DNA of 64,000 nucleotides from Eledone cirrhosa (GCA_964016885.1 OZ024741.1:370202001-370266000), one strand, 5' to 3'. Shown: positions 18,001-31,508, counted from the stretch's first letter. Notes: generated from the letters alone by a model not told the origin. Program-made: numbers and translations.

Positions 18001-19545
18001 TTACACACAGACCAAAATCCAGACACCCACTTACACACACACCAAAACACAGACACCCACTTACACACAAACCAAAACACAGACACCCACTTACACACAG
18101 AGCAAAACACAGACACCCACTTACACACACACCAAAACACAGACACCCACTTACACACAGACCAAAACAAAGACACCCACTTACACACAGACCAAAACAC
18201 AGACACCCACTTACACACACACAAAAATACAGAAACCCACTTACACACAGACCAAAACACAGACACCCACTTACACACAGACCAAAACGCAGACGCCCAC
18301 TTACACACATATCTAAACACAAGCACCCACTTACACACAGGCCAAAACACAGACATCCTACTACACACAGGCCAAAACACAGACACCCACTTACACATAG
18401 ACCAAAACACAGACACCCACTTACACACAGGCCAAAACACACACATCCTACTACACACAGGCCAAAACACAGACACCCACTTACACATAGACCAAAACAC
18501 AGACACCCACTTACACACAGGCCAAAACACAGACACCCACTTACACACAGAGCAAAACACAGACACCCACTTACACACAGACAAAAACCCATACACCCAC
18601 TTACAAACAGACCAAAACACATACACCCACTTACACTCAGACCAAAACACATACACCCACTTACACACACACCAAAAACACAGACACCCACTTACACACA
18701 GAGCAAAACACAAAGACCCACCTACACACAGATCTAAACACAGACACCCACTTACACACACACCATAACACAGTCACCCACTTACACACAGACCAAACCA
18801 CAGGCACCGCTTTACACACACACCAAAACACAGACACCCTCTTACACAGACACCAAAACACAGACACCCACTTACACACAGACCTAAACACAGATACCCA
18901 CTTACACACAGACCAAAACACAGACACCCACTTACACACAGACCAAAATAAACACACCCACTTACACACACACCAAAACACGGTCACCCACTTACACACA
19001 GACACCCACTTACACACAGATACCCACTTACACACTGACCAAAACACAGACACCCACTTACATACAGACCAAAACACAGACACCCACTTACATACAGACC
19101 AAAACACAGACACCCACTTACACACAGACCTAAACACATACACCCACTTACACATAGACCAAAACACAGACACCCGCTTACACACAGACCAAAACACAGA
19201 CACCCACTTACACACAGACCTAAACACAGACACCCACTTACACACACACCAAAATACACACACCCACTTACACATAGACCTAAACACAGACACCCACTTA
19301 CACACACACCAAAATACAGACACCCACTTACACACAGACCTAAACACAGACACCCACTTACACACAGACCAAAATACAGACACCCACTTACACACAGACC
19401 TAAACACAGATACCCACTTACACACACACCAAAATACAGAGACCCACTTACACATAGACCAAAACACAGACACCCACTTACACACAGACCAAAACACAGT
19501 CACCAACTTACACACAGACCAAAAACACAGACACCCATAGACACT
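1..19545. repeat. 30-bp tandem satellite, >19.5 kb (runs off left edge), consensus ACACCCACTTACACACAGACCAAAACACAG
   Basis: Two units per 60-nt line stay in register over long stretches; recurrent variant monomers (aaatacgtacaaccattt, catatctaaacacaaacac); + strand almost only A/C; array ends abruptly at about 19545. Confidence 0.98.
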
Positions 19546-19882
19546 CTGCAACAGACACACACACAAACACAGTAATATAGTCATATATAATTAAATAGTT
19601 GTTGAACTAACATATAATTCGGTACACATCTATGCCCATCTACACACACATATTTATATATATATGCACACCTACATATATCTATATCTATATGTTTATA
19701 TATATATATATAAATCTATTCACATATGAGCTCCCCTCTCTACACATTGGCTCATACACAGTCACGTACAGACATACACACACACACAGACAAAGAACCA
19801 CTCACACTCATACACTTCTATACACTTTTTTCAGTTATAATATAAACGCCGCCTTCACATATCTTCTCCAACACATTTTAAA

Positions 19883-19946
<64 letters not shown>

Positions 19947-19947
19947 C

Positions 19948-19978
<31 letters not shown>

Positions 19979-20095
19979 GATATATATATACCTATCTCTC
20001 TCACTCTCTCTCTCTCTATATATACATATATATATATTTATATATATATGTATAGATGTATACATACATTCATACATAGATACATACATTCCAGC

Positions 20096-20168
20096 CTTGT
20101 GTCTATATTAGAAACCGACTATCTCTCTATTGGGAAAACATTTATGAAATTATAAAACCAGAATAACA
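20096..20168 (+). mobile_element. 3' UTR fragment of Dong/R4-like RLE LINE, in (CATA)n
   Basis: cttgtgtctatattagaaaccgactatctctctattggg...gaaattataaaaccaga matches 47326-47392; flanked by catacata repeats. Confidence 0.6.
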
Positions 20169-20171
20169 TAC

Positions 20172-20220
<49 letters not shown>

Positions 20221-20372
20221 AAAACAGTGTCACGTACATAAAAACATATTTATATCCGGGAGCAGAGCACTGTTAAATAAGATACTTAAATGATTTTACA
20301 ACACAATGAAACAATTCTCACCTTGTGTAAACCACATCTATTTGGAGCATATTTATATAGTAATAATAACAA

Positions 20373-20563
20373 ATAATTCTTTCTACTTTTGACACAAGGC
20401 AAGAAATTATTTCAGTGCATTACTGGTACTTTATTTTATCGACCCCGTAAGTATGAAAGGCAAAGTTAACCTCGGCGGGATTTGAACTGAGATCATACAG
20501 GGAGGTCTCGCTATGCTTCAAACCATGGCGTCCGACCTTCTACCGATACTGCCAACCCGCCGC
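20373..20563 (-). mobile_element. tRNA-derived SINE (octopus-type), copy 1
   Basis: Reverse complement of the 36634-36821 element, with A box (TGGCAGTATCGG) and B box (GTTCAAATCC). Confidence 0.85.
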
Positions 20564-20594
20564 AATAATAATAAGTAATATATAGAAATAATAA

Positions 20595-20692
20595 TAAATT
20601 TGAAGACTAAAATTCAAAGAGGGCGCGATAAGTTTCAGAAGATCCCGTTAAGGGTAAAAGAAGCGATTCTTTGCTTTAACTTTAATCTGTTA

Positions 20693-20700
<8 letters not shown>
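20595..20700 (+). mobile_element. TA-terminated repeat with degenerate HHR-like motif; further copies at 36115-36190 (-) and partial at 32972-33012
   Basis: agtttcagaagatcccgttaagggt...agcgattcttt...actttaatctgttatttta(TA)n recurs inverted at 36115-36190. Confidence 0.55.
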
Positions 20701-20745
<45 letters not shown>

Positions 20746-20907
20746 GTATATATTTGTATATATATATATGTTGGACGTGTACAACAATTATTATTGAGTG
20801 GCTGCTATTTGCAGCATAGCAATATAAGGTTGCACTTACCAACGAAACGGTCATAAATACTTGGATAAAATCCTTTTTTTAATGCTTACCTGTGTTTTCT
20901 CTTTTAT

Positions 20908-21190
<283 letters not shown>

Positions 21191-21788
21191 GAACCCACAA
21201 CATACACACGTCAACATACATACCTACATCAGCATACATCCTACATTCTACATATAAACACAATGACATACGTAAACACAATGACATACGTAAACACACA
21301 TGTTCTATGGTGCAACACAAATATACACACATTTGCATACCTTTTGATGTCTATAGATATAAACGTGCCGACACACACATACATATACGCACACATGCAT
21401 TGCACACTGATGGGCACATACATATTTGTACACAAGTATTCCAATACGGCAGGGCCTAATGGATTCCCCTTGCAGTACGTACAATCTGGACACTATATAT
21501 CATTTCACACCTTTTATTATTAATGTTTTTGATGTTCTCTTGAGAGAATAATGTACACCATTTTTACCAGTATCACAAAAATACTGCCCCCCCCCCACAC
21601 ACATATACATACATATACACACACACACACACATACACACGCGTACACTAACATACAAAGAGACATATACACACACACACACACACACACTTCTCCGTAT
21701 AAGACAAGAGCTGAAAAATAGCTTTCAACATGTTAAAATATCCCCCACACATTGCTACTGACCGATCCCTCTACCACGAATTACTCTG

Positions 21789-21828
<40 letters not shown>

Positions 21829-21845
21829 ACACATACACACACACA

Positions 21846-21916
<71 letters not shown>

Positions 21917-22185
21917 TTGTCTTAAAAGACTTATTTTTCAGTGACTTCTCAATCAGGCGAAAAAAGACACTCTTCGACAAACCTACATTTGGCGCAAAAT
22001 CAATTTTTAACATTCACGTGACCTCTACCGACCAATCAAAATTGTTTTGACCACAAGAATTTTTGCAACACGAATTGGCGCAAAACTTATTTTAATACCT
22101 CTGGAGGCACTTTCACATAAAAGAGGTAGAATTTCCAAAACTGATCAGATTAGAGCAAACATCACGGGCGCTCTATCTCAAAATT

Positions 22186-22223
22186 ATTTTTGAAAAGCAT
22201 TAGAAATGCGCAACCGGTAAAAA
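22186..22223 (+). ncRNA. Type I hammerhead-like motif, U3-A8 core variant, GAAA mutated to GCAA
   Basis: ttt TTGAAAA gcatt-aga-aatgc GCAAC cg GTA aaa; same layout as 40843-40880. Confidence 0.55.
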
Positions 22224-22332
22224 CTTAAAACCAAAACTGAATACTAACCAATACTCATTACTAATTTTTACTTATTCTTAATTAAACTATTTTTCACTGG
22301 GAACAATTTGTCACCATTTTCTTTTCCTTTTA

Positions 22333-22426
<94 letters not shown>

Positions 22427-22492
22427 TAGTTATAGATAAATATACACGGGTGTTTATAACGAGTAAATCAGACAAAGTTGGAATTCCTTTTA

Positions 22493-22609
<117 letters not shown>

Positions 22610-22626
22610 CTATTCATATATGTGAA

Positions 22627-22697
22627 CATGGCTTAGCGGTCAGAGCGTAGTTTTCACAATTGCTGCAGTTCACTCAACGGTAGAAATGAGTTGCAAT
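22627..22697 (+). mobile_element. Internally deleted tRNA-SINE fragment
   Basis: catggcttagcggtcagagc (A-box-like) joined to cagttcactcaacggtagaaatgagttgc. Confidence 0.4.
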
Positions 22698-23199
22698 ATC
22701 ACTGATTCCAAGCTGCATCTGTCTTTGCTTTTCCTTGGACAACGTAGGTGCTGTGGAGAAGTAAGACTTTATACATAGACGCACGCACACACCACACCCC
22801 CACACAACACACACACACAGACACACACACATATATATATCCTGGGAGTGTAACGTCATTACCATAGCAGAGCCGGGCAAGATCGATACAGATCGAACCT
22901 TGAGCTGCTCGTCAGCAACAATAAACGTAATGAAGACATAACAAATCATCCTTGTATTACTATATATATATATATGTATATATATATATGGAGAATAGGG
23001 TGGCTGTGTAGTTGCTAGTTAAGTTAGGCTTAAAAATGGAATGACAGTAAGAAGAAAGCAAGAATGTGGGGTGGAGGTCCTCGTCAGTTGTCTCCTGGGG
23101 TTTTCGGATATTTCAACGCTTTAAAGACAATATATCTACCCCCAGGGCGTTCAATATCCGGGTAAGTTATTTATATATATATATGTATATATATATGTA

Positions 23200-23550
23200 T
23201 GTAAAAGGTAAACAGAAATAACAACATAATCGGTACAGTATATGGAAGGTATATATTAGGTTAACGCTTGATATAGCAGGAAGAGCCTTAACGTTTTGGA
23301 CGCTAGTCCTTCATCAGAAGAACAAATGAGAAATAAAATTCATTGAGGAGACGGGCGGGATGGAATTGAAAAAAATGTCTTTTGAGATTGGGTGGGAGTA
23401 AAAAATAGACGGCTGAGAAGAATGTTGTAGAGGAAAAGTGGTAGAGAGTCGTGGAATATTTAAATGCAAGAAGCAAAGATACGAAAGATTTCCTGGTGGA
23501 AGTTCAGGTGTACTCCGCGTTGGTATCCAGTTTCGAGGTGAAAATCCAAT
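23200..23550 (-). mobile_element. PLE 3' region with minimal HHR at 23287-23320
   Basis: Minus strand ctt CTGATGA aggac-tagc-gtcc AAAAC GTT aag (G12 to A); downstream tail matches 32640-32720. Confidence 0.7.
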
Positions 23551-23552
23551 CA

Positions 23553-23668
<116 letters not shown>

Positions 23669-23689
23669 ATATATATATATATATACAAA

Positions 23690-24133
23690 CAAATCTCCAG
23701 CCTCAATGTTAAAAAATACTGAAGAATATATTGCACAAGAAACCCGAAACATATCCTAATTTGGACAAAAACCCATAAAGAAATCTCCGGTCCCACTATT
23801 ACGAAACGTAGAAGAACAAATTATACCTAATTGAAGGACCAGGATGGGCAAATTTTCAGAATTACAGGAAATTTCACCTCCAATTTGGAAAACCTAATCT
23901 ATGTGATTACATGCTGTTAATATCAGTAAAATTATATCATTACACAAAGAATGATTTTACACCGGCAACAAATCTGTGATGAAAACACGAGACGAAACCC
24001 TTAAACAGTCACATCATGTGCAGGATTAGACGTACCCACCTTCAAAATTTTCCCAGACCCTTTCACTCCAAAACAGAGAATAAATAAATAAAACTAATTC
24101 ATTAAAACATACAAACCACAATTAAATATGTAA
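23690..24133 (+). pseudogene. Decayed PLE GIY-YIG endonuclease region (Neptune-like)
   Basis: Frames read DGQIFRITGNFTSNLENLIYVITCC*YQ*NYI, PTFKIFP and FIKTYKPQLNM*; contains stops and frameshifts. Confidence 0.75.
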
Positions 24134-24304
24134 TTGTCCCCCATTTGACAATAAATAGTGATCTATAGATGGGAATAACCAATTTACACATACCTGTAAG
24201 CACACCTATACATTTGGAAATCCCCGTCACTCACCCCATAAATACAGTAAGATAAGAGGAAAAACATAATTTCAAGGAAAACTTTACTAAAGACCATTTC
24301 CTTT

Positions 24305-24340
<36 letters not shown>

Positions 24341-24679
24341 TTCCCCTCAGAAGCTTACACTTACTACACAACAAGGCCCCCTTTAAATCGCCTATATTTG
24401 TATTTGTATTTTTACTTCCCTTATTCTTACTTTTATCTGTAAAGCCTAAAAACTACCTTGATCTCCTGACTCAAGGGTACCCCACGTAAACTTACACACA
24501 CATTTACACAGACACAAACAAAGACACAGGCACAGGCACATAGACACACACACACTCACACATACACACGCAGAACAAGACAAAATAAAAATTCTGTACC
24601 CCTTTTAGTTATGTTTAGGTCTTTTCAATAACCCTGAAAATAATTTAACCTATTGATACAATTTAACCCCACTAAATGC

Positions 24680-24692
24680 ACACACACATACA

Positions 24693-24740
<48 letters not shown>

Positions 24741-24871
24741 CACAAACACACTCACATACACTCTCTCACACACACAAACACACACACACTCACACACACA
24801 CACAAACTCACAAACACACACACACAAACTCACAAACACACACACACAAACTCACAAACACACACACACTC

Positions 24872-24904
<33 letters not shown>

Positions 24905-24950
24905 AACTCACAAACACACACACACAAACTCACAAACACACACACACATC
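24680..24950. repeat. (CA)n with a 20-bp higher unit cacacacacaaactcacaaa
   Basis: Direct inspection. Confidence 0.85.
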
Positions 24951-25347
24951 AAAAATGCCATCTGGATCATTATTATGAATAGTAAATGAATTTTCTATTG
25001 TAACCCATAGAATTTTCTAGTGAATAAATTGAATCCTGACCTGTTAAACCTCACTTACACCTTCACTACCCCACTTTCAGCACCCCACCTTCATAAAGAA
25101 CATATATACATAAGGAGGATGTCATCAGAAAATTCACTTATGTTCTAATTGCCCACAGGATATGTGAACAAACCTTTTAAATATTTGATAAGATAGATAT
25201 ACTAATTGAAACAAAATTTAAACCTATTTAATGTTACAATTACAAAAAACATTTATTCTGCTGTATTAAAAAAAATCTTCAAATATACCTCTGTGCTTTT
25301 TCACATTTACTTTTTACCTGTATATACATACATATATATATGTATAC

Positions 25348-25527
25348 ATAGGAGAAAGTATGACCCCGACGGCAGAGCTCAAGCTATTTCAGTCCAGAAA
25401 TAGCCGTCGAAACGGCTTGAGCTCTTCCGTCGGGGTCATATTTCTCCTATTACCCACTCTACTATCCTAAGTATTGAGTACTCTGGAGCGTTATGGTCCA
25501 TCTGGTTCCTTACTACAACTCCTTCGT

Positions 25528-25530
<3 letters not shown>
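25348..25530 (+). mobile_element. Family A fold-back element (half-HHR plus 3' tail) in (TA)n
   Basis: Inverted short arm, then agaaatagccgtc GAAAC ggc...cc GTC ggggtca...actc...gtattgagtac...ttcgttat(AT)n. Confidence 0.85.
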
Positions 25531-25558
<28 letters not shown>

Positions 25559-25560
25559 GC

Positions 25561-25602
<42 letters not shown>

Positions 25603-25606
<4 letters not shown>

Positions 25607-25791
25607 CGAAGGAAATGTGGTAAGGAACCAGGTGGACCATAACGCACCAAAGTACTCAATACTTGAGGTAGTAGAGTGGGTAATAGGAACCAGTAAGAAC
25701 CCGACAGCTGAGCTCAAGCCGTTTCGACGGCTAATTCTAGAGAATTAGCCGTCGAAACGGCTTGAGCTCAGCTGTCGGGTTCTTACTGGTT

Positions 25792-25796
<5 letters not shown>
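25603..25796 (-). mobile_element. Family A fold-back element, subfamily A2
   Basis: Perfect inverted arms around aattct-ag-agaatt (25733-25746); nearly identical to 58228-58420. Confidence 0.88.
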
Positions 25797-25869
<73 letters not shown>

Positions 25870-26033
25870 CACATATATATACATATATATATACACACAT
25901 ATATACATGTACATATACATATATATACATATATGTACACTCACACATATATACATGAATACATATATATATGTATATATATAAAGATATATATATATAT
26001 ATATATACAATATATATATATACATATATATAA

Positions 26034-26064
<31 letters not shown>

Positions 26065-26423
26065 TATATATGTATTTATACATATATATGTATTTATATA
26101 TATATATAAATGCATATGTATATGTGTGTGTATGTATTTATATGTATGCATATATGAGTATGTATGAATGTATAAATGTATGTATGTACGTATATATACG
26201 CATCCATCCAAGTATATTTATCTGTAAACAAATTATCCACCTAGCAGTCAACAAGTTGTAAAATCTTGTTGCAGTGTTAGTAACAGCAATTACACTGAGA
26301 AAGACACACACACACACATATACATACATACATACACATACACACACACACATATATATATGTGTGTGTGTATGTGTGTGTGTGTGTGTATATATATATG
26401 TATATATATACGTATATATATAT

Positions 26424-26498
26424 ATTGGATCGTCAAGTATAAAATTTGTAGAAATTTGTTTCTTTTCTACAAATTTCTACAAATTTCATACTTGACGA

Positions 26499-26502
<4 letters not shown>
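26424..26502. mobile_element. Family F short fold-back element in (TA)n
   Basis: gtcaagtataaaatttgtagaaatttgt ... acaaatttctacaaatttcatacttgac; second copy at 27267-27344. Confidence 0.75.
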
Positions 26503-26542
<40 letters not shown>

Positions 26543-26547
<5 letters not shown>

Positions 26548-26734
26548 AGAAAGTATGACCCCGACGGCAGAGTTCAAACCGTTTCGATGGCTATATCTGG
26601 ACTATTTTAGTCCAGAAATAGCCGGCTTGAGCTCTGCCGTCGGGTCATACTTTCTCCTATTACCCACTCTACTACCCCAAGTATTGAGTACTCTGGTGTG
26701 TTATGGTCCATCTGGTTTCTTACCACAACTCCTT

Positions 26735-26740
<6 letters not shown>
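26543..26740 (+). mobile_element. Family A fold-back element
   Basis: Arms meet at tctggact-atttt-agtccaga; same 3' tail as other copies. Confidence 0.85.
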
Positions 26741-26772
<32 letters not shown>

Positions 26773-26896
26773 GGCAGTCCAACATCCATAACTTTAAACT
26801 AATGCATATCAACTATCAACATTGTATTTTGTTTGTTCTCCCTTGTTATTTTTTCTTCGTCATTATACCCATATATACATACATAATAGATACATT

Positions 26897-27158
26897 GTAA
26901 AATATGTAAAACATTTAAGAAATTCAGCATGTGATAACTGCATATACACATATATAGATGCAGAAACTTATGCACGTGTACACATATAACTCAAAACATA
27001 CAGAACAACACATACAATAACACCCATTCCTGCACATACACATACAAACACATGCAGGCATACATATGTATTTATCAAGTTGATGTCTAAGAGACTAGTT
27101 TCTATGTTAGAAACCGGCTCTCTATATTGGTGAAAAATAAAATATTTAAATCAGAAAT
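26897..27158 (+). mobile_element. Dong/R4-like LINE 3' end (older copy)
   Basis: VKYVKH/KICKTF-like end, then 3' UTR colinear with 47150-47396. Confidence 0.6.
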
Positions 27159-27266
27159 ATATATTTATACACACACACAATAATTGAATATATATACACA
27201 AGCAGACGAATATATTGGGGTAGGAGTGAAAGAGAAAGTTGAATAAGCGTTCGTGGTTATATATAT

Positions 27267-27483
<217 letters not shown>

Positions 27484-27535
27484 TGGGAAAGTAAAAAATC
27501 GGAGAATAGACCGTTAAAACATGTTTATTTAAAAC

Positions 27536-27577
27536 ACCACCTACGTACGTTTCGCCCAGTTGGGCTTCTCAAGGGCA
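27536..27577 (-). ncRNA. Type I hammerhead, U3-A8 core variant
   Basis: Minus strand cc TTGAGAA gccca-ac-tgggc GAAAC gtac GTA gg; palindromic stem III ACGTACGT. Confidence 0.7.
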
Positions 27578-27804
27578 TAAATAATCAAAAGTGTTCCTTA
27601 TATTGCTCGGAAAGAGTTTTTGGGGTTAAATCCACATCAAGGTTCATTGCAAAAATAGTTTGTTTTGATTTTGCAGCAGGTCAACGCTACTTGGCAAATA
27701 ACTATATGTATCACCTATCCTCCTCTTTTTTTCTCTTTCTCGATACGTAAATACGTAAATATATGTTTAAGAAGAAATTAAAAGATGGTTAAAGAAGTTC
27801 CGTA

Positions 27805-27874
27805 TATTTTATTATGCGTATTTCGAAAACAACATCATCCTGGGACAAAAATTGTGTTCTCATCAGATAAAATA
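27805..27874 (-). ncRNA. Type I hammerhead (canonical core)
   Basis: Minus strand tattttat CTGATGA gaacacaa...ttgttttc GAAA tacgc ATA ataaaata; 8-bp stem I. Confidence 0.75.
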
Positions 27875-27993
27875 AGGTAACATGATATGAAGCCTAAAAC
27901 CACTTGTGAACAAGAAAGTGTCCAGTCTACATATGTATATGTTTATATATATATAAACATATATATATATATATAAACATATATATATATATG

Positions 27994-28077
<84 letters not shown>

Positions 28078-28503
28078 TGTATGAGTCAGCGTGTGTGCAT
28101 ATATAAATGTTTGTGTGTGTAAACATGTATTTATGTATGTGTAGCGTAGCTTAAATATCAACAACCAAATATCAATTATTTATTTGTTATTATTTTTACA
28201 CACTATATTCCATTTGCAGCCAAGGGTTCCATGAGCAAATAAAGCCTACACAATTGCATTGCATAACTGTTAGCCATGTATGGAGGTAAATGTGCTTACA
28301 ATGGCTAAACGAGATATGCAATATGTCTCGTGGGGAAAGATGAGATAATATGAGAACATTTATCAAAGAAGAGAAGTCAGTCAGGGGAGCTTACTTTGGT
28401 ATAATGCTTTCCTTTGTAATATCTCTCAGAATAAAGAATAATAATATTGAACGATATCGTCTCTAATACATACATACATACATACATACATACATACATA
28501 CAT

Positions 28504-28577
<74 letters not shown>

Positions 28578-28601
28578 TTATTTATTTATTAAAATATATA
28601 T

Positions 28602-28652
<51 letters not shown>

Positions 28653-28712
28653 ATCAAGATATTACCGATATATATCAATATATCTATTTGCATATACGTA
28701 CAGACATATAGT

Positions 28713-28761
28713 GCTGACAGATATCTATCTGTGTAGAGCTCAGTTGAGTCCTTGTCAGAAC
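28713..28761 (-). ncRNA. Degenerate hammerhead at the 3' end of the PLE remnant
   Basis: Minus strand gtt CTGACAA ggactca-ac-tgagctct acac agata-ga-tatct GTC agc; stems kept, core decayed. Confidence 0.45.
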
Positions 28762-29973
28762 GTGTATGTATTTACTTTATATAATTAAAGCAAGTATATC
28801 AACATACTGGAAAGAGAGTGGAAATCACGTTAGTTGGGAGGAATGGTGGGAAAAGAAAGAAGATGAGAATAGCAACAGGGCTGTTTAAATTTAACTTGTT
28901 CGTTGTCAGCGACTTGATGTTAGTCTAATTTTATAAAACTTTGGGTAAGGAGTGGTGCTGATATAATAAATGAATGATACGTTGAGAGATCTTCTGTTTG
29001 AGAAGGTTGTAAAACAATGTATGAGGACCTGCGAACTTGTAAAGTATTAATAAGGTGAGTTTTGTGTATGCTCTTGATTTGGGAATTAGTGTTTCATGGA
29101 AGAGAGTAAATATTAAAAATATAAACAACTTTTGTAAATCTCACATTTTGTCTTGGTGCATTCTTTAGATGATTTTAACCCCAGGTGTATTCTAGTTTTT
29201 CACTTGTGCCAAACCTACTCCTCTTCAGTTCGTTGATGTATGGTTTGGGTTAAAGATTATACTATACCTGCGATATGATAGAAACGTTTGTCTGTTAACT
29301 TTAGTCTTTCTTTCCTACGTTAGTCTTTTACATTTAAAGAAAAGGGTGTTGGGATCCAGAAAATTATCATTGTCTATTCCTAGATCTATTTTGTGGGATT
29401 GTGCTTTGGATCTACTCTATAAGAGGCCTCTGATATTATGGAGACATATATTGAATATTCTATGGCTTTTGTTTGGGATGCGGTTTGTTTTTAAATAGTG
29501 AGTGTGGCAGGAACCTATGTTTATGTATTTTAGTTTTTCATTTGGATTATAGAATGTTTTGTAAGAACCTATAGTTACATCTAGAAAGTTAGTCTTAGAG
29601 ACGTTAGTATATACTGACAATTTTTAGTCCTAGTTTATAGAATGTAAGATTAATTATTTACGGAATTTATATAAGGTACGCTCTTCAAAATTATTTGATA
29701 AGGCCAGGCCGTAATATGGGTATATGCCAATGGTGGGTTGGGGACATTTTTCTTTAGTATATATGTGAATAAATGATCTAATCATGTCACTCAAATCAGC
29801 GCAATCGTATTACCCCAATGAGATATCAAATAGATCTTGAAGTACCGATACCTTTAGATAAATAGACGTGTTATTAAGAAGCATGGCTTAGTGAATGTGC
29901 AGAACATCTATCTTATAATCATTGAGAGCAATAAACCTACGGGTGTACTTAATATAAAGCGCTAATAAATAAT

Positions 29974-30157
29974 TGTTTCTACTTTTTGGCACAAGGCCAG
30001 CAATTAACCAATACATTACTGGTACTTTATTTTATCGACCCCGTAAAGATGAAAGGCAAAGTTAATCTCGGCGGGATTTAAACTCAGAATGGCAAGGGCC
30101 GTAACTCTATGCGTCAAAGCATGGCGTCCGACCCTCTACCGATACTGCCAATTCACC
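29974..30157 (-). mobile_element. tRNA-derived SINE copy 2, nested in PLE RT
   Basis: Homologous to 36634 copy; TSD aaataat at 29967-29973 and 30158-30164. Confidence 0.88.
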
Positions 30158-30429
30158 AAATAATGTCATAGAAATTGAGAGGTAATATCCACTATGTCAA
30201 ATTGGGTGAAGCGAGGACTATTTAATAACATCTAACTCTTATTTATCACATCTATATGAATTAATATAAATTTATCCCTATAAGTATACCTATCAATTAA
30301 ATTAATTTAATTTCTTGTTATAGATCTAAATTCCTTCTGGTTTAAATAAGATTGGTATTTCTCACTAACACATTTACCCTAAAATTTTATTCTCCTTCGA
30401 TTTTAACATTAACATTATTCTTTAATAAC

Positions 30430-30614
30430 TGTTTCTACTTTAGGCACAAGGCCAGCAATTACCCAGTACATTACTGGTACTTTATTTTATCTACCCCGTA
30501 AGGATGAAAGGCAAAGTTAACCTCGGCGGGATTTGAACTCAGATCGTAAAGGGACGTAACTATGATGGAAAGCATGGCGTCCGACCCTCTACCGATACTG
30601 CCAATCCACCGCCC
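30430..30614 (-). mobile_element. tRNA-derived SINE copy 3, nested in PLE RT
   Basis: Full-length; TSD ttctttaataac at 30418-30429 and 30615-30626. Confidence 0.9.
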
Positions 30615-30830
30615 TTCTTTAATAACATAACATTTTCGTGTACCTTTCACCGGCTTGACCTCTTTTCATCCCCAAAGTAATCTTTTCATTCAAAGTATTC
30701 TTTCCATTCAAAACTTAAGTCTGCATTCCTCTACCCCTAAATTAAATTTCTATTGGTCAATTCAAAACTTGTTCCCAAACAGACCTATTATGTTAAATCT
30801 TTGTTGTTTTTTTTTTCAATAAACAAATAT

Positions 30831-31146
30831 CATTATTTCTGAAGACAGCATATATATATGTAGGTATGTATATTTCCTCTGATAGTTTGTAAAATTTTTA
30901 CATAGATCTATATGATATACATACCAACACACATATATATCCTAGAAACGATCGTAAAATGATGAATTTTTTAATATAAGGAACTGTTTCCTTGTTTTTA
31001 TTCAATGTTTTTATTAATTTATCTTGACTCTGTTTTCCTGTGATTTTCATCGAAAAAAATTTTGAATACATCTTCTCTTTTCATGATATTTGGAATACAT
31101 TGAGTTCTTCATACGGATTGGACACTACCGTATATTTTGGTAGATT

Positions 31147-31152
<6 letters not shown>
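30831..31152 (+). mobile_element. Family D element: hammerhead with >100-nt stem II plus 3' tail
   Basis: cattattt CTGAAGA ... atatatatccta GAAAC gatc GTA aaatgatg; tail matches 42350-42545. Confidence 0.8.
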
Positions 31153-31235
<83 letters not shown>

Positions 31236-31237
31236 AA

Positions 31238-31271
<34 letters not shown>

Positions 31272-31275
<4 letters not shown>

Positions 31276-31442
31276 CAAAGGAATTGTGGTAAGGAACCAG
31301 ATGGACCATGACGCACCAGAGTACTCAATACTTAGGGTAGTAGAGTGGGATATAGGAAAAAGTATGACCAAGTATGACTGGGGTCCAGAAATAGCCGTCG
31401 AAACGGCTTGAGCTCTGCCGTCGGGGTCATACTTTTTCCTAT
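31272..31442 (-). mobile_element. Family A fold-back element (partly deleted)
   Basis: Tail on minus strand; GAAAC half-HHR arm on plus; TA flanks. Confidence 0.82.
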
Positions 31443-31455
31443 ATATATATATATA

Positions 31456-31497
<42 letters not shown>

Positions 31498-31508
<11 letters not shown>

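Larger units (their letters stand above)
28890..30830 (-). pseudogene. Decayed PLE reverse transcriptase plus endonuclease ORF (possibly Naiad-like), interrupted by two SINEs
   Basis: Minus-strand motifs in the expected order: FTQFDIVD, FDISLG*YDCADLSDMI (cf. FDVTMGSYDGAE), IGIYPYYGLAL (cf. GIYRDDGL), KTNFLDVT, YNPNEKLKYINIGSCH; many stops and frameshifts. Confidence 0.8.

Noticed and set aside
1-19545. CRISPR-like array
   Set aside because: Contiguous repeats without unique spacers; no cas genes; eukaryotic context
169-19584. Long Cys-rich (CVSGCLCFGL)n and His/Thr-rich ORFs
   Set aside because: A 30-bp unit is open in several frames on both strands; frequent indels shift frames; no unique N- or C-terminus
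20788-20856. GAAACgGTC half-hammerhead
   Set aside because: No acceptable CUGANGA or UUGANAA core upstream
25065-25135. Minus-strand CTGATGA...GAAA
   Set aside because: Stem II is plausible but stems I and III are absent
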